This document shows, one piece after another, positions 35,960 through 48,720 of a DNA stretch of 64,000 nt. How positions within the stretch are numbered: position 1 is the first letter of the stretch; every line of letters starts with the position of its first letter. This DNA comes from Dipteris shenzhenensis (lineage: Eukaryota): NCBI GenBank assembly GCA_047967505.1, contig CM106538.1; one strand, given 5' to 3'. Both the position numbers and the translations under genes were made by a program. The notes under the pieces are model-generated. The model saw only the letters and a program-made list of their open reading frames with translations. It ran no database searches and was not told the DNA's origin.

Positions 35960-36850
35960 TACAGTCTGTGACACCTCGTCCGTACAGTCCGTACGACTGT
36001 ACGGAATCCTGCCGTACAGTTTCACCGTACAGCGCAGCTCCCGTACAACTTCGTCGTACAGCTCAGCTCCCGTACAGTTCCGTACGTACAACTCGCCGTG
36101 GTCGTCCGTACAGAGCGTACCGTATTGCTCGTCCATACACCCGTGTATCGTACAGTTTCGTCGTACAACGCAGTACATCGTGTACCATACTTGTCTTCGT
36201 ACCTGCGTACCGTATCTGTTGCAGTCGTTCTTGCATCACCTTCCGTACGAATTTTGTACCTGCAGTACTTGCTATCGGTATACTTGCGTGTACACACTGT
36301 ACAACAGGTAGTTGTACCTGTTTCCATACAGGTTCCTATTTCAGTACACCTTGTCATCGCCGTACAGTTCTGCATCATCAGTACTCTGTCGTACATCCGC
36401 ACGTGTGGCAGATTTGTACCTGCAGATCCGTACAGGATTTCCTTCATCTGCAGGTTCAAAGTTACTTGCAAAGCAAACATTGCAGATAGATCTGCAAATT
36501 TGGGGCTTTTGTTCAGAAATTGCAAATTTGGGGCTTTTGGTGAATTTGCCCCTTTTCTGATTGCAATTTCAAGCACGAAATTCGGGGCTTTCAGTTCTTC
36601 AGCACAATTTCTTGAAGAAATTTGGGGATTTTGTGATTACACTGCAATTTTGCAGTAAAATTTGGGGCTTTTGCAGACAGAGCGCAATTCTTGCAATATT
36701 TGGGGCTTTTGTTCAATTTGCCCCTTTTCGGTTGCAATTTCAGGCCTATTTTGGGGCTTTTGTGTTGAGAGAGCAATTTTTGGAGTATTCAGTTCATGCT
36801 GCCTTTCTTGGAGTGTTTGAAGCACTTTTGGCAGATTTTGGAGAGTTTTT
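35960..36850 (+). repeat. Two degenerate repeat arrays in the Copia F leader: CGTAC(A)-rich (~35960-36440) and TTGGGGCTTT/GCAATTT-rich (~36480-36850)
   Basis: Dozens of (C)GTAC motifs, then about nine TT(T/C)GGGG(C/A)TTT units. Confidence 0.8.
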
Positions 36851-36997
36851 GATGCTTGGACAGATTTCTGACAGTGCAAGTACAGAAATCTAAGTTGCAT
36901 TTACAGCCCGTGCTTGGCTGTGTTTTTTTGGGAGTTGTGCATTTCATTCCCAGTAAGGGAATTCAGCTTTGTATCTGCTTCAATCTTTTTCTCAGAT

Positions 36998-39900
36998 ATG
37001 GCCCATCAAAATCAGAATGAGTTCCAGTTCGGTGGTTTTTCACAGGAAGACAAGTTGGATGGTACCAACTACTCCCTCTGGAGTTTCATGTTACGCAATA
37101 TTCTGATTTCTTGCAATTTATGGGATTATGTCAATGGGGATGAGATCCGACCAGCAGATATTGCACCTGCTACCCCTCCCCAGCAAGGTGGAAGAGGTCG
37201 TGCACAGGGTGCAGCTGCAGGGGACAAGTTGTTGGTGCAGCTATAGTCACTACTCTAGAACAGAAGAGATGGGATTCACGGGATGCCTTAGCTTTGTCAT
37301 GCATCTCTCTTTCAGTGAAAAGATTTATCATTCCGCATATCCGGTCGTGTAAGACCTCCAGGGCAGCGTGGGATATTTTGGAAAGTATGTATGCAGCTCG
37401 GAATGATGCAAGAGTATCTTTCTTGAAAAGAGAGTTGAGTAATACACATATGGAAGAGGGTGACTCCATGTCAGTCCACCTCACAAAGCTACAGGATCTC
37501 AGAGAGCAATTGTTAAACATAGATGAAATTATTCCTGATTTAGAGATGATTACAACCACTCTGAATTCTCTTCCTGAGTCTTATCTCAGCTTTCATACCT
37601 CGCTGAACTTATCATTGAGGGGGGGTGCAAATCCTCTCACTTTTCATGAGTTGATAGGACTTCTGCTTCAGGAAGAGCAGACCAGGAAAAATTTGGCTTC
37701 ACGTGCAGGTGAACAAGCCATGCTCTCAAAGTTTAAATAAAAAACAAAGGGACAGGCAAAGACATCAGTAAATCAGCCTTCCAGTGGGTTAGGACAGCCT
37801 TCCCAAAAGGCTAAAAATGATGCAAGTAAGCCCAAGAAGAAGGGTTTTTGTCACTACTGCAAAAAGCCAGGTCATCACATAGCAGAATGCAGGAAAAGGC
37901 TTGCAAAAGAAAAGAAAAACAGCTTAGGTATGGCTGTTTTAGATTCAGCTCCTTATGCATCTGACAGTGAGAATGCTGCAGCCAACTTTGTTGGACAGGA
38001 TTATGCCTTTTTCTCTTGCATTTCAGATTCTAGGTTGACTGTTCCAGATGCTCGGGATAGTACAGTAACTTGCAGTGATGATACATATGCATTTTTAACT
38101 TGCAGTTATGACTCTTCTACAGATGCATCTGCTTTCAGTGTCAATGAAACACTGAACACTTGGTATTTTGACAGTGGTGCATCCAAGCACATCACTTCTA
38201 GGAAGTGTCTTTTTACTTCCTTGCATCCACCTCCTATTGGTAAGAAAGTCACTTGTGCCAACAACTCATCATATTCAGTACGTGGCACAGGAAATGTTGA
38301 GCTCACTGCCATTGATGGCTCAATTTTCAGACTTTCAGATGTCTTATATGTGCCTGGCATAACCAAAAATCTCCTTTCAGTGTCCACTCTTAACAGAGGG
38401 GGATTTCAGGTCATCTTTGAGGATGACAAATGTGCTGTCCGAGACAGGGAAGATGACTATGCCTTAAGGTTATCTGGTACTCTGCTGCGTGGGCTTTTTC
38501 AGCTTGATATTTTTGAGAAAAGAGCAGCCCACGCTCTTGCAGTTTCTACCCCTACAGCTGCCATGCAAAATGCAGAATTATGGCATGCCAGATATGGCCA
38601 CATGCATTACAACAGCTTGATGACACTTCAGAAGTTTTCCATGGTTGATGCATTGCCACCTCTTGAGATACCTCCTCCACATGCCTGTGAAGGGTGCATT
38701 TTAGGCAAGATGCATAGATTCCCCTTCAAGCAAGATGGTTCAGTTAAAGCTGTCCGCAAATTACAGCTTATACACAGTGATGTCTGTGGTCCCATGAGGA
38801 CTCCATCGTTGGGTGGTCATCTCTACTTCGCTACATTTATTGATGATTACTCCAATTTTACTTGGGTTTATGGGCTGAAACAGAAATCTGAAGTGTTCAC
38901 GGTGTTTAAACACTTTTCAGCCATGATTGAAAATGAGACCGAACTCAAGATACAGACATTACGCACAGATAGAGGTGGGGAATACTTGTCTGCAGAATTT
39001 GATGCTTTTCTGAAAGGCAAGGGTATTGTGCATCAGCTCACAGTCAGGCTGACCCCTCAGCAAAATGGCAAAGCTGAGAGGAAAAATAGAACCCTCATGG
39101 AGATGGACAGATGTATGCTGAAAAGCAAACACATGCCTCACAAATTCTGGCTAGAGTTTTTGATGTGTGCCAATTACATTTTGAATCGGGCTCCCACTAA
39201 GGCTTTAAAAACAAAAACTCCTTATGAGGTCTGGAATGACAGGAAGCCTTCAGTGGATCGCTTCCGAGTCTTTGGATGCCTTGCTTATGCGCATGTGCCA
39301 GTTGAATTTAGGCACAAGTTGTCAGATAAAGCCATCAAATGCATATTTGTTGGTTACAGTGCAGAAAGCAAGGGGTACCGTCTCTACAATCCTGCTACAC
39401 GCAAGATCATAGTAACTAGAGATGTGATATTTTCTGAAAATTCAGCTCACACTCGAGCTGAATTTCAAATGCCTTCGTCTTCAGAGGATGGCTTTGAGGG
39501 GTTGCTACCCATTGCCTTGGGTTCCCCTGCTCATTTTTCTGATGCAAATCAGAATTCACAGCAACCTCCAGATGCTTTAGTTCCGCCACAGGATGTCTTG
39601 CCCCCTCTATAGGCAGTGGAACAGGTGGTGTAGCAAGAAATTGCAGACATATATGCAGCAAAAACAGTCCCAAACTGGCTGTTACAGACCCTCAGGGAGA
39701 GTAAAATTGATGCTCCGTTATTTGGCAGGACTCGCAGTGCAGCAAGGCACATGGAAGGTGCTAATTCAGTGGAATCAGCATATGCAGGTACTCTCCTTGA
39801 TGAGGAGCCTGCCACATTCGAAGAGGCAAAGGATAATGTGCATTGGATGAATGCCATGCACGATGAGTTGCAGTCCATTGCAAAAAATCAGACTTGGGAT

Positions 39901-41299
39901 GTTGTAGACTTGCCACAGGGTAAACATGCCATTGGCACACGATGGGTTTTCAAGGTCAAACGAAAGCCAGATGGCTCCATTGACAGATATAAGGCAAGGC
40001 TAGTTGCTAAAGGCTATGCTCAGAAAAAGGGCATAGATTATGAGGAGACATTCGCTCCTACATCCCGGATGACCACCATCCGATCAGTTATTGCAATGGT
40101 TGCACATTTTGAGTGGAATGTTCATCAGTTGGACATAAAAACAGCCTTCTTAAATGGGGACTTGCTGGAAGAGGTGTATGTCAAACAACCTCCGGGCTTT
40201 GAAATTACAGCAAATGCACTTCAAGTATGCAGGCTCAACAAAGCTTTATATGCGCTGAAACAGGCCCCTCGTGCATGGTATGCCAAGATCCATGCCTTTT
40301 TGACCAGCAAGGGGTTGCACAATAGTCCTACTGAGAGCACCCTTTACATCAAGATGGATGGGGGGGAAATTTTAGTCATCCTTCTTTATGTCGATGACTT
40401 ACTGCTCACAGGGTCCAATGAAGACAAAATTGCAGATTTCAAAGCTGATTTGTAGACCAACTTTGACATGTCAGATTTTGGGCTGCTTCACTTTTATTTG
40501 GGGATCCAGTTCTCTCATGAGAGACGGTGGCACTGTTATGTCTCAATCCAAGTATGTTCAGAAACTCTTGGACAGATTTAACATGCATGAGTGTAAGCCC
40601 ATAGCCACTCCCATGGAGCCGGGGCTAAAACTCACAATGCATGATGCAGGAGAATCAGTTGATGCCACACTTTACAGTCAGGCTGTTGGATGCCTCATAT
40701 ATCTCTGCAACACTAGACCTGATATTCAGTTTGCACATGCACAGCCCAAAAACTATGCGCATCTTCCGTTATTTGCAGGGCAGGCACAAAGTCTTTTGGC
40801 TTGCTATTTCCCAGGGGGGGTGACTTGCAGATGCATGCCTACAGTGATTCAGATTGGGCTAGTGATTATGACACTAGGCAATCCACTAGCGGCAATTGTT
40901 TCTTTTTGGGTAAATCTTGCATTTCCTGGCTGAGCAAGAAACAATCTACAGTGGCTACCTCATCATGTGAAGCTGAGTACAGGGCAGCTTTCACAACAAC
41001 AGTTGAATGTGTCTGGCTGCGACGTCTATTTGCTGATCTTCATCTGTCTTTGGAGGGTCCTTCTCCAATTCTCACTGATAGTCAGAGTGCCATTGCAATG
41101 GCAAAGAATGTTTCATGCTCACACGAAGCACATTGAGGTTCACTATCACTACGTCAGAGAGAAGTTGCATGCAGGAGAGATCAGTATGATCTTTGTGTCC
41201 ACACATGACAATGTTGCAGATATTTTCACCAAAGCACTACCACGTGAAAAGTTTGAGGCATTTTGCAGTGCCCTGAACTTATATCCGTTTGGTGATTGA
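36998..41299 (+). pseudogene. Copia F polyprotein with several stops and frameshifts
   Basis: KLDGTNYSLW (gag), CHYCKKPGHHIAEC, WYFDSGAS (protease), LWHARYGH, HSDVCGP/TDRGGEY/QQNGKAER (integrase), [24 protein letters not shown] (RT), YSDSDWA/ADIFTKAL (RNase H). Confidence 0.95.
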
Positions 41300-41609
41300 T
41301 CAGCCTTGTACATGACATTGGCACTGCAGGGGGGTGTTAGAATTTTAGATATAATTCAGTAGTGACCAATGTAATATAATAAGCTAGTTAGGGGCACTTT
41401 TCCCTCTTTAAGAGGTTTTTTCCCCTAACCGCAGTTAGTTCACTAACTATGGTTAGTGACTACTAAGGTTTTGTCACTAGGACATGCCTGAGTCTAATCT
41501 CTTGTTGAGTTTGCGTGTTTGAAAGTCAAAGTTGCAGTCCAGCCATTTCTCTTGTGAAGATCTCATTTGTTTTTGGGGCTAGATCCCATTGGGCCTTGTG
41601 TTTGGACTC

Positions 41610-42010
41610 TAAGTTGGATAACCTTGTGTGTGAAGAGTGTGGCATCTCTCGTGTAAGTTTTTAATGACTTGCCCACATCCATGTATCCATGGGTGAATAT
41701 CTCGAATGCCTATTGTGTCCACAAAGGGCCAGCTGATTGATGTGAATGCCAAAGAGGTTGAAAGAAAGGGGTTACCCTTGCTTCACTCCAATGGTGCTGC
41801 TCACCTCCTCTGACAATCCCTATGTTGTGTGCACTTTGCCTATAACTCTTTCATACAAAGCCATGATTGTCCATATAACGTCGTGTGCAAGCGATGAGGC
41901 AAGCCCATGGTACTGAATCAAAAGCCTTTTGGAAGCTTACAAAGCAGCAATTGTGTTTATGGTGTCGTGCCTCCTCTTGATGGATCTGAGGGTGAAGATG
42001 TGATTTAGTG
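41610..42010 (-). pseudogene. LINE reverse-transcriptase fragment, probably the RTEX-like family
   Basis: Minus strand CCFVSFQKAFDSVP and STIGVKQG*PLS, which are non-LTR RT domain motifs. Confidence 0.75.
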
Positions 42011-42316
42011 TGGATTGGTCTTTTTTGAAACTTGCTTGCCAAGTTACTTGCATCCCCACACTCGCAGCATGTGCACTGGTGTGTATTTCAAGAGAGAGGG
42101 AGCACATGGACTCCCAAGATAAAGAAATAGGAAGATGTAGACAATAGTTTCTATTTGTATCACATTAGTTGTGAAGCTCGTGGGCACCTGCACAAGTACT
42201 AGTTGGATCAATCTGTCTATAATTGATGTGCTAGATGGTACGGCGTAGAACTATCCCTCTTGGAAGATGGGATTTAGATGTCTAACTTATTTTTATCCAT
42301 AGTCATGCAAAATTCC

Positions 42317-43258
42317 TTATGGCTGAATTGGACACTCTTTGGGATTGAAATTAGTGTCTGGGTACACCATATCAGTTTGCTGCATTTCCTCATTTGCAAG
42401 AAACATATTCCCATGTTCATTTGCAAAATGACTGTGACTAGAATGTCCACGATGATGATTTCCTCTGCCTCGAAAACTCCCTCGATTAACAGCTCGATTG
42501 ATCGCCTTGGTTGTACTGCTTCTTGCGGCAATCTCTTTCATAGTGTCCAACATTGTGATAGTAGTTGCACTGAATGTTTGACACGTTGGTGGATGCATTC
42601 CCTCGTCCTTGAAATCTTCCTCGGTTGGAATGATTTCCTCTTAATGTTGCTGAGAATGATGTTGATGTTGATCTTGATTTTGGCTTTGTTGATGATGACC
42701 ACTTTTCTGATATGATCTACCTCTGCCTCTGCCTCTGCCTCTGCCTCTACTTCTGTCTAAAGCTGTGAATGCCTGATCATTAGAATGACCTTTTCGGGCT
42801 TGAATTGCCTGAGTCCTAAGTTCTTCACCAAGTAGAACTGACTGAAGTTCTTTCAATGTCGGAATTTGCCATTGGATGGAAATACTTTGAACTAGATTCT
42901 CGTATCCCTCTCCTAGTCCATTTAGGATGACTTGAACCATTTCTGCGGGGTTCATGGTCTCTCCTGCTACTGCAAGTTGATTGTTGTAGTCTTTTATGCG
43001 GAGTACATGAGCATGACTGGTTCCACTGCTGTTGTGGAAACTCTGCTTGATCTGGTTTCTCAGTGTGAGAATCCTAGATGTGTTCTTGGACTCATAGAGA
43101 GCTGCGAACATATCCCATGCTTCTTTCGATGTCTTGACTGTGTTGAGCTGTCCTAGCATGACATCTTGCACATTCTGCTTTATCAGATGATAGGTGTACT
43201 TGTATTTCTTATCCCATTCTGCTTTTGTACTTGCCACCACAATGGTCAATTTCATCAA
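42317..43258 (-). pseudogene. Copia gag remnant
   Basis: KTSKEAWDMFAALYE...ILNGLGEGYENLV...LQSVLLGEE, an RG-repeat tract and a degenerate zinc knuckle. Confidence 0.8.
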
Positions 43259-43439
43259 TTCTTTGTAGGTAATCTAACTTTTTGATAGGCTGAGTGATCC
43301 TGTTTTTAGAACATTAATTTAACTCTCTGTGTCCTTTCCTTCTTTAGGTTCAAAGTCTTTTCCGTCTTTTTTTAAAAGTAATGGAAGTTGTCTTGTCAAA
43401 TACGTACTGATGTTTTCCCTTTATTTTTTTGTCTGGCAG

Positions 43440-43952
43440 GCAGGGTTTATACTTTGCCCAAGTTGTCTGTCAACCGCGAAAATTGGGGAAGGCTTGTCTA
43501 AGGACGATTTTAAAGAGGAGGGAACACGCTTAGATGCTCGCCTTAGTAGTGACAGTTGGACCAAGCAAGAAGCTCTTCTCCTTCTTGAAGCTGTCTCAAA
43601 ATATGGAGAGGACTGGAATTGTGTTGCAAACCATGTGGGAACAAAGTCCAAGGCTGAGTGTATAATGTATTTTATCAAGCTCCCTTTTGGAGATCAGTTC
43701 CTCAGCAATGTGGGTGCCCCACCTTCAGACTCTGCAGTCACTAACCAGAACATGATGGATTCTAGTGACAAGGGTGGGGTTGTGGAGCAGAAAGATAGTA
43801 GTGTGGGGGCTGATCTCACAGATTCAAAAATGTATGCGGCAATGCATGGCAGTAATGAGAACTATGAATCAATTGAAGATGCCGCTGAGCCACCTTTGAA
43901 GCGGAAGCGTTTGACGCCGCTTGCTGACACAAGCAATCCTATTGTGGCCCAG
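43440..43952 (+). CDS. SWI3: SWI/SNF chromatin-remodelling subunit SWI3 (SWI3A/B-like), exon with the ZZ-like C-terminal half and the SANT/Myb domain
   Basis: LCPSC...WTKQEALLLLEAVSKYGEDWNCVANHVGTKSKAECIMYFIKLPFGD...PLADTSNPIVAQ; polypyrimidine-CAG acceptor, CAG/GT donor, phase 0-0. Confidence 0.93.
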
Positions 43953-44068
43953 GTCAACACTTATCCACAACTGGATTGAAGTTCTTGTTTTAAACTAGGA
44001 TAGCAAAATCATATATGGATCTCTGCGATGCCTGGACCTTAACATTGAAATCACATGTTTCATGGTAG

Positions 44069-44244
44069 GTAGCTTTTTTATCTGCCATGGTGGGCCCACG
44101 GGTAGCTGCAGCAGCAGCGCAAGCAGCTGTGGCAGCACTTGCAGAGGAGGATCCTGTAGCTTCTCAAATTTTGTCTTTAAATAATCACAACTCTCAGGCG
44201 GCTCACAAAGACCCTTTGCCAATAAGTGGAATTCAGGCTACAAG
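44069..44244 (+). CDS. SWI3: SWI3 exon (SWIRM-associated region)
   Basis: VAFLSAMVGPRVAAAAAQAAVAALAEE continues NPIVAQ; AG/GT boundaries, phase 0-2. Confidence 0.9.
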
Positions 44245-44377
44245 GTTAATATACTGTGAAGGGAGAAAAAGTACTTTAATCTGTCTATCTTATGTGTCTG
44301 CATAGGTAAGCATTCTGACTGCATAATTAAAATCATAGCACTTAAATGACAATATCTTGTCACTGGTTTTTGTGCAG

Positions 44378-44424
44378 CAGCAAAGAGCATGGTGAGAAAG
44401 AAGATGTGTCACTTACTAAAGGAG
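44378..44424 (+). CDS. SWI3: SWI3 short exon
   Basis: TTTTTGTGCAG acceptor and GAG/GTGAG donor; phase 2-1 exactly bridges the neighbouring exons (SKEHGEKEDVSLTKG). Confidence 0.75.
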
Positions 44425-45106
44425 GTGAGGAGTCTCATCTCCAGATGCCTTGTCTTATTCAGTTCCTTCCTTTGAGAGTACCATTTAGCGATGCAGAACT
44501 TTCTCTTGGGCAATTGCTTCTTTCCTAAATGTGCCTGTTTTAGCCCCCGTCTGGACTTGACTTTCATCTCTTGCATTGTGCATTTACTTGTGTTATAGAG
44601 AAAGTTCTTGTGGCCTTACTGCAAAAATGACCCTAATGCGGAGCGGCTGAAAAAGTCAGTAAATGTATAAAGCAGAGGCTCTCTTACAGGTATATGCAGC
44701 TTGGTGTATGTAGAACGAGCTTTGTGAGGAAAAAATATTGTCATATGTAAGAGAATACTAGTTCATACTTCATGACCGAAGGGCTCTATCATGCAGAAGG
44801 GAGATAAAAGAAGCCAAAAAAACTAAAAAATTTCTCCTTGAATCAAACACTGTATAACAAGCCACCTTCCATGCATATCATTAAATGCCACTGTGGGCTG
44901 GAAATGATGTCTTACCAGAAAGGCTACGCCTAAAAAGAATGCTGGCCAGCATAGAAGATATCATAACCATGAAAGTGACCATGCTGTCCTGCATACGTGT
45001 GCTGATTGTGCTCTTACAGAGCCTTAATTTCAGGCTGCAAATTGTTGAGATACACAACAATCCCCAAGGAAATGGCAAGGATGTTTTGCTCCTCTACCCT
45101 GGCACA

Positions 45107-45765
45107 CACAGTTAGGGGAAACGGAAACGGGGAAATGGGGAACGGAAACAGAAACGGAAACGTTTTGGGATTTCTGGGAGGGCTGCAACGGGGAAACACC
45201 ACGTCAGCAAGATAGGTTTAGAAAAGGGGGTTTTGAGATGAGAACACACGCATTAGAATGCTACAGCCTACAGCTTGAAAGAGAGCCAAGGGTTGAAAGA
45301 GAGGGCTGAAACTTGAAAGTGGGGCCTGAAAGAGGAGGGAACAGAAGGCTGAAAGAGAGGGCTGAAAGAGGGGACTGAAGGAGGGGGCTGGAGGGGAGTA
45401 GATGATGATGGAGGGCTAAAGCAGCTTGCAGGAGAGAAAGGAGAGGAAAGGAGTGAATGGGGCTCAAGGAGGGCTGGAAAACCTTGAGGATGGAGAGAAT
45501 ATGAGGCTGAAGGAGTGGAAGGAGGCCAAAATCGAAAGCAAAAAGACCAAAAACGGGGCTGGCGGCGGATTTCTCGTCATTTTGGAGACCTAGCAGCCTG
45601 TGTTGTCTGAAACGGCCCGTTTCAGGGTTCTGAAACGCGTTTCAGACTGGCTGAAACGTTTCAGCCAGCCGTTTCAGGGTCCTGAAACGTTTCAGTAAAC
45701 GGGGCTTCTCTGAAACGGCGTTTCAGGCCTGGCTGGGCTCTGAAACGCGTTTCAGCGTAACTGTG
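45107..45765. mobile_element. hAT-type MITE (659 bp) in a SWI3 intron
   Basis: 8-bp TSD CTGGCACA at 45099-45106 and 45766-45773; TIR CACAGTTA/TAACTGTG; many GAAACG and TGAAACGCGTTTCA subterminal motifs. Confidence 0.93.
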
Positions 45766-45833
45766 CTGGCACATCAGTCACTCAACTGCATGCAGAGCTA
45801 GAGGTTTGTTTTCTTTGGCAGGCTATTTAGATG

Positions 45834-46521
45834 ACTCTTGATACCACAGTATAAGATGAAGCACAAACCAAGTGGAAATCTGGGTGAAGCACGTCCAAGT
45901 ATCAGGGTCAATTCCCCACATGCGAGCCTGTATGTGAGGGGGATGGCACGTAGGGCTTGGGTTGCTACACAAGCGACTCATCATTATGCATAGGCTTCCA
46001 CATGGACAGTGAATCAGCCTGCTGTCTGAGTAAATCTAGAGCATATGTGGGCTCCACTGTGGTTAGCACAGGTTTCTGCCACATGGGCAGCAAAAGGGCC
46101 CAACCATGTCAGCTGAGTAGCCCAGCAAAGGAGCAGGAAACCAGACCTAGAGAGGTTTATATAGGGCACTCAAAAGCCCTGGATACTAGACCTGACGAGC
46201 CGCCTTGGGGTCAGGCTGCATAAGAGGCATGGTTGGCCAGCAGGCAGGGGTTGGCCCCAGATAGGGGGTAGGCCAGTCTATCAGTCAGGCCCTTCTGGGG
46301 ATTGGTCGGCCTGCAGGGAGGGGAGGGTCTGTGACTAGTCCTCTTCTTCTATAGAAGGGGCTTTTGGGACCATGGATCCTATCCATGACAAGCCATTGAA
46401 GCATTCTTAGAGCACATAACAAGGAGGGAGTTTGGCAGGTGTAGGAGCACACAATTTTTGGTCCTTAGAGAGCAGCACCTTTGGACATATATGGTCCTAG
46501 AGAGAGCCGCATATCCCTACA
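45834..46521 (-). mobile_element. Possible LTR remnant with an adjacent iMet-like PBS
   Basis: Minus strand TGGTATCAAGAG at ~45835-45846 next to a ~670-bp segment ending CCTACA; no partner LTR seen. Confidence 0.4.
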
Positions 46522-46549
46522 AGTGACTCGGTCTCTAGTAAAAGACTGT

Positions 46550-46610
46550 AGAAAGAAGAAAGTTATATTGACGTCTTCAAAAGGCCTTACGGGCCTATGA
46601 GACAAAGTAC
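46550..46610 (-). mobile_element. 3'-terminal stub of the RTEX-like LINE family
   Basis: GAAAGAAGAAAG tail plus GTCTTC...CTATGAGAC, matching 8180-8234. Confidence 0.65.
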
Positions 46611-47659
46611 ACATCCAAAAGAGAGTAGCTATTACAACTCTGAGTGTCAGAAGTGGCCTTCATTTCATCTTTTTCAGACTGAGAGTCTTTGGGTCTAGAT
46701 TTGAAATCTTTGATTAGCATTATCCCATCTTGGTAAACAGCCCACTTTTTTTCCTTCCGGGCTTCATTTTACTCTAGGCAATAATGCATTTCTTGCCTTG
46801 AGCTAAGTGGGGGTGAGCTCCTCTGAAATCCACGTCTTGGTACTTCTCAGCTTGTTACTTTGTTTCAGAACCTTGCTCGTTGTTATCTTGTCCTAAAAGA
46901 CTACTTTTGCTTGTACCCCCTTTTGGAGGACATAAGCTATGCATTCTCAATCCCAATCAATCTGGGGTATTGTCTTCTTGAAATGGTCAATCTTTGTTTT
47001 CGTGCTTCCTCTCATAGTCCTGTGTCTGTGTCGTGTGTGTGTGTTCTACTTGGGTGCACGTGTTAGGAAGGATGATGCTTGCACCATGCCTTGTTCTACA
47101 TTGCTTCTTTTGAAGTCCATGCAACTTTATCTTCAAGGAGAGTCTTTGGAAAGAAGAAGAGCTCTGTAAAAAAGTTTGTTTCAATCAAGGAGCAATAGAA
47201 TACCTTTGGAGAGATTGTGAGCGCCCAGAACTACAAAACGAAAACATTGGTGCAAGCTTCTACACAAGGGACACAATGACTACACATCAGGCCAATTAGG
47301 TTTTGGAGCAACACACTAGGAATAGCATTTTCTATTTTGCACAACAAAAAAGAAAATTTCTTTTTTGGACTTTCGAACAACAAAATTACTGAATTTGTAC
47401 GATTGGATATATTCTAGTCGTACAAAGGTATGTTTTCTTTTCTCTTGGCAGGATATTGAGGGCTTGGAAGTCAGTGTGAGTCTATACAGCTACTGGAGCA
47501 GCCCGAAAATCAGCTACATGAACAAGTCTTTTTTTAAAGGTTTCACGTTATGTAGCTGGATGCTAATGCTCGGATTAGTGGACTTAATCCAGTAGGGTCA
47601 AGGGGCCCTAGCATTAAGGGAAGCAAGCTTACGTGGGGCTAGAGGAGTTAGAACACTAG

Positions 47660-48720
47660 CAAAGGGCCAATTGGCTATATTTAGCCAAGACGCTTTTTGG
47701 AAAGTGGAATGCTCCCATATATAAGAGTGCCCAAGGCAATGCCCAAAGCTCTAGTGTCTCGTAGCCACCAAAGCCGTCCACAAGGGACCTTCAGCATAGT
47801 ATCTTGTGATCCGCCATGTAGAAGGTAGGACTCTAGGCTCGAGGTCGAGACCAGACCAGACCATTCAAGCTTAACAAGATTGCCGATGCTTTGAGTCACA
47901 TTGGGGAGGCAACTCTTTTGAGTTTTACCGAGGCAAGAGCTGACCTTTATGATTCCTAAGAGGGCTATGTAGGATGAACAATCATTTCGATTAGGATTGG
48001 TAGCAAGTCCAGACAAGGAGCGCCACAAGATTCAGGGGTCATACCATCGATTTAGGTGTCGGGTGGTAAGTTCACATTCGGAATAGCTTGCTGTTCCGAA
48101 ATGGAAAGATTTGCATTCCTAATGATGTAAAGTAGGAGGAAGAACTTATACGAATATCATGATGCTCCAACCTCAGGTCATCTAGGAACTTAGGGAACCT
48201 ATGATTTAGTAAAACGAATGTTTTACTGAACTAAGATAAAGGCCGAGATAACTGACTATGTGATAAAATTCAAGTAGTGTAAAATCAATAAGATAGAACA
48301 CTTTAGGGCTAGAGGATTGTTGCATCCTCTAGACATCCCTGGGCGTGAATGGGAGAGTGTTTCTATGGACTTCATTGTGAAATTATCATGAAGCCAGCGA
48401 GTGCATGACACTATTTGGGTTGTGGTGGATAGATTGATGAATATGGCTAGATTTTCACCCACAAAGATAAGGGCTACTGCATTGGTTCATCAATTTGTTT
48501 AGCAACTCTTCAGGCTGTATGGGTTGCCTTGTGATATTGTCAGTGGCAAAGATCTGAAGTTCTCATGCATTTTGGGCAGGAATGTTTAAAAGTTAGGAAT
48601 CACTTGGAGTATGAGTTTTACTTATCATTTTGAGTCTGATGGACAAAAAGAAAGGGTGAATCCAATCTTGGAAGAAAGCTTGGAGCATACGTCTCCAAGA
48701 GGCCATCTAATTGGGAGAAG
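47660..48720 (+). pseudogene. Very degenerate Gypsy RNase H/integrase remnant
   Basis: HDAPTSGHLG, GLLHPLDIPGREWESVSMDFIVKL, IWVVVDRL, YHFESDGQKERVN. Confidence 0.8.

Larger units (their letters stand above)
35867..41565 (+). mobile_element. Ty1/Copia element F lacking its 5' LTR
   Basis: PBS TGGTATCAGAGC (tRNA-iMet) at 35867-35878; gag-PR-IN-RT-RH order; G-rich PPT before a single LTR at 41335-41565 (TGTTAG...ATCTCA). Confidence 0.92.

Noticed and set aside
36480-36850. Regularly spaced repeats resembling a CRISPR array
   Set aside because: Repeats are degenerate, the spacers resemble each other, there are no cas genes, and the context is a plant retrotransposon leader.
35843-36900. Several 110-207 aa ORFs on both strands
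   Set aside because: They are by-products of the stop-poor repeat arrays in the Copia leader and contain no domain motifs.
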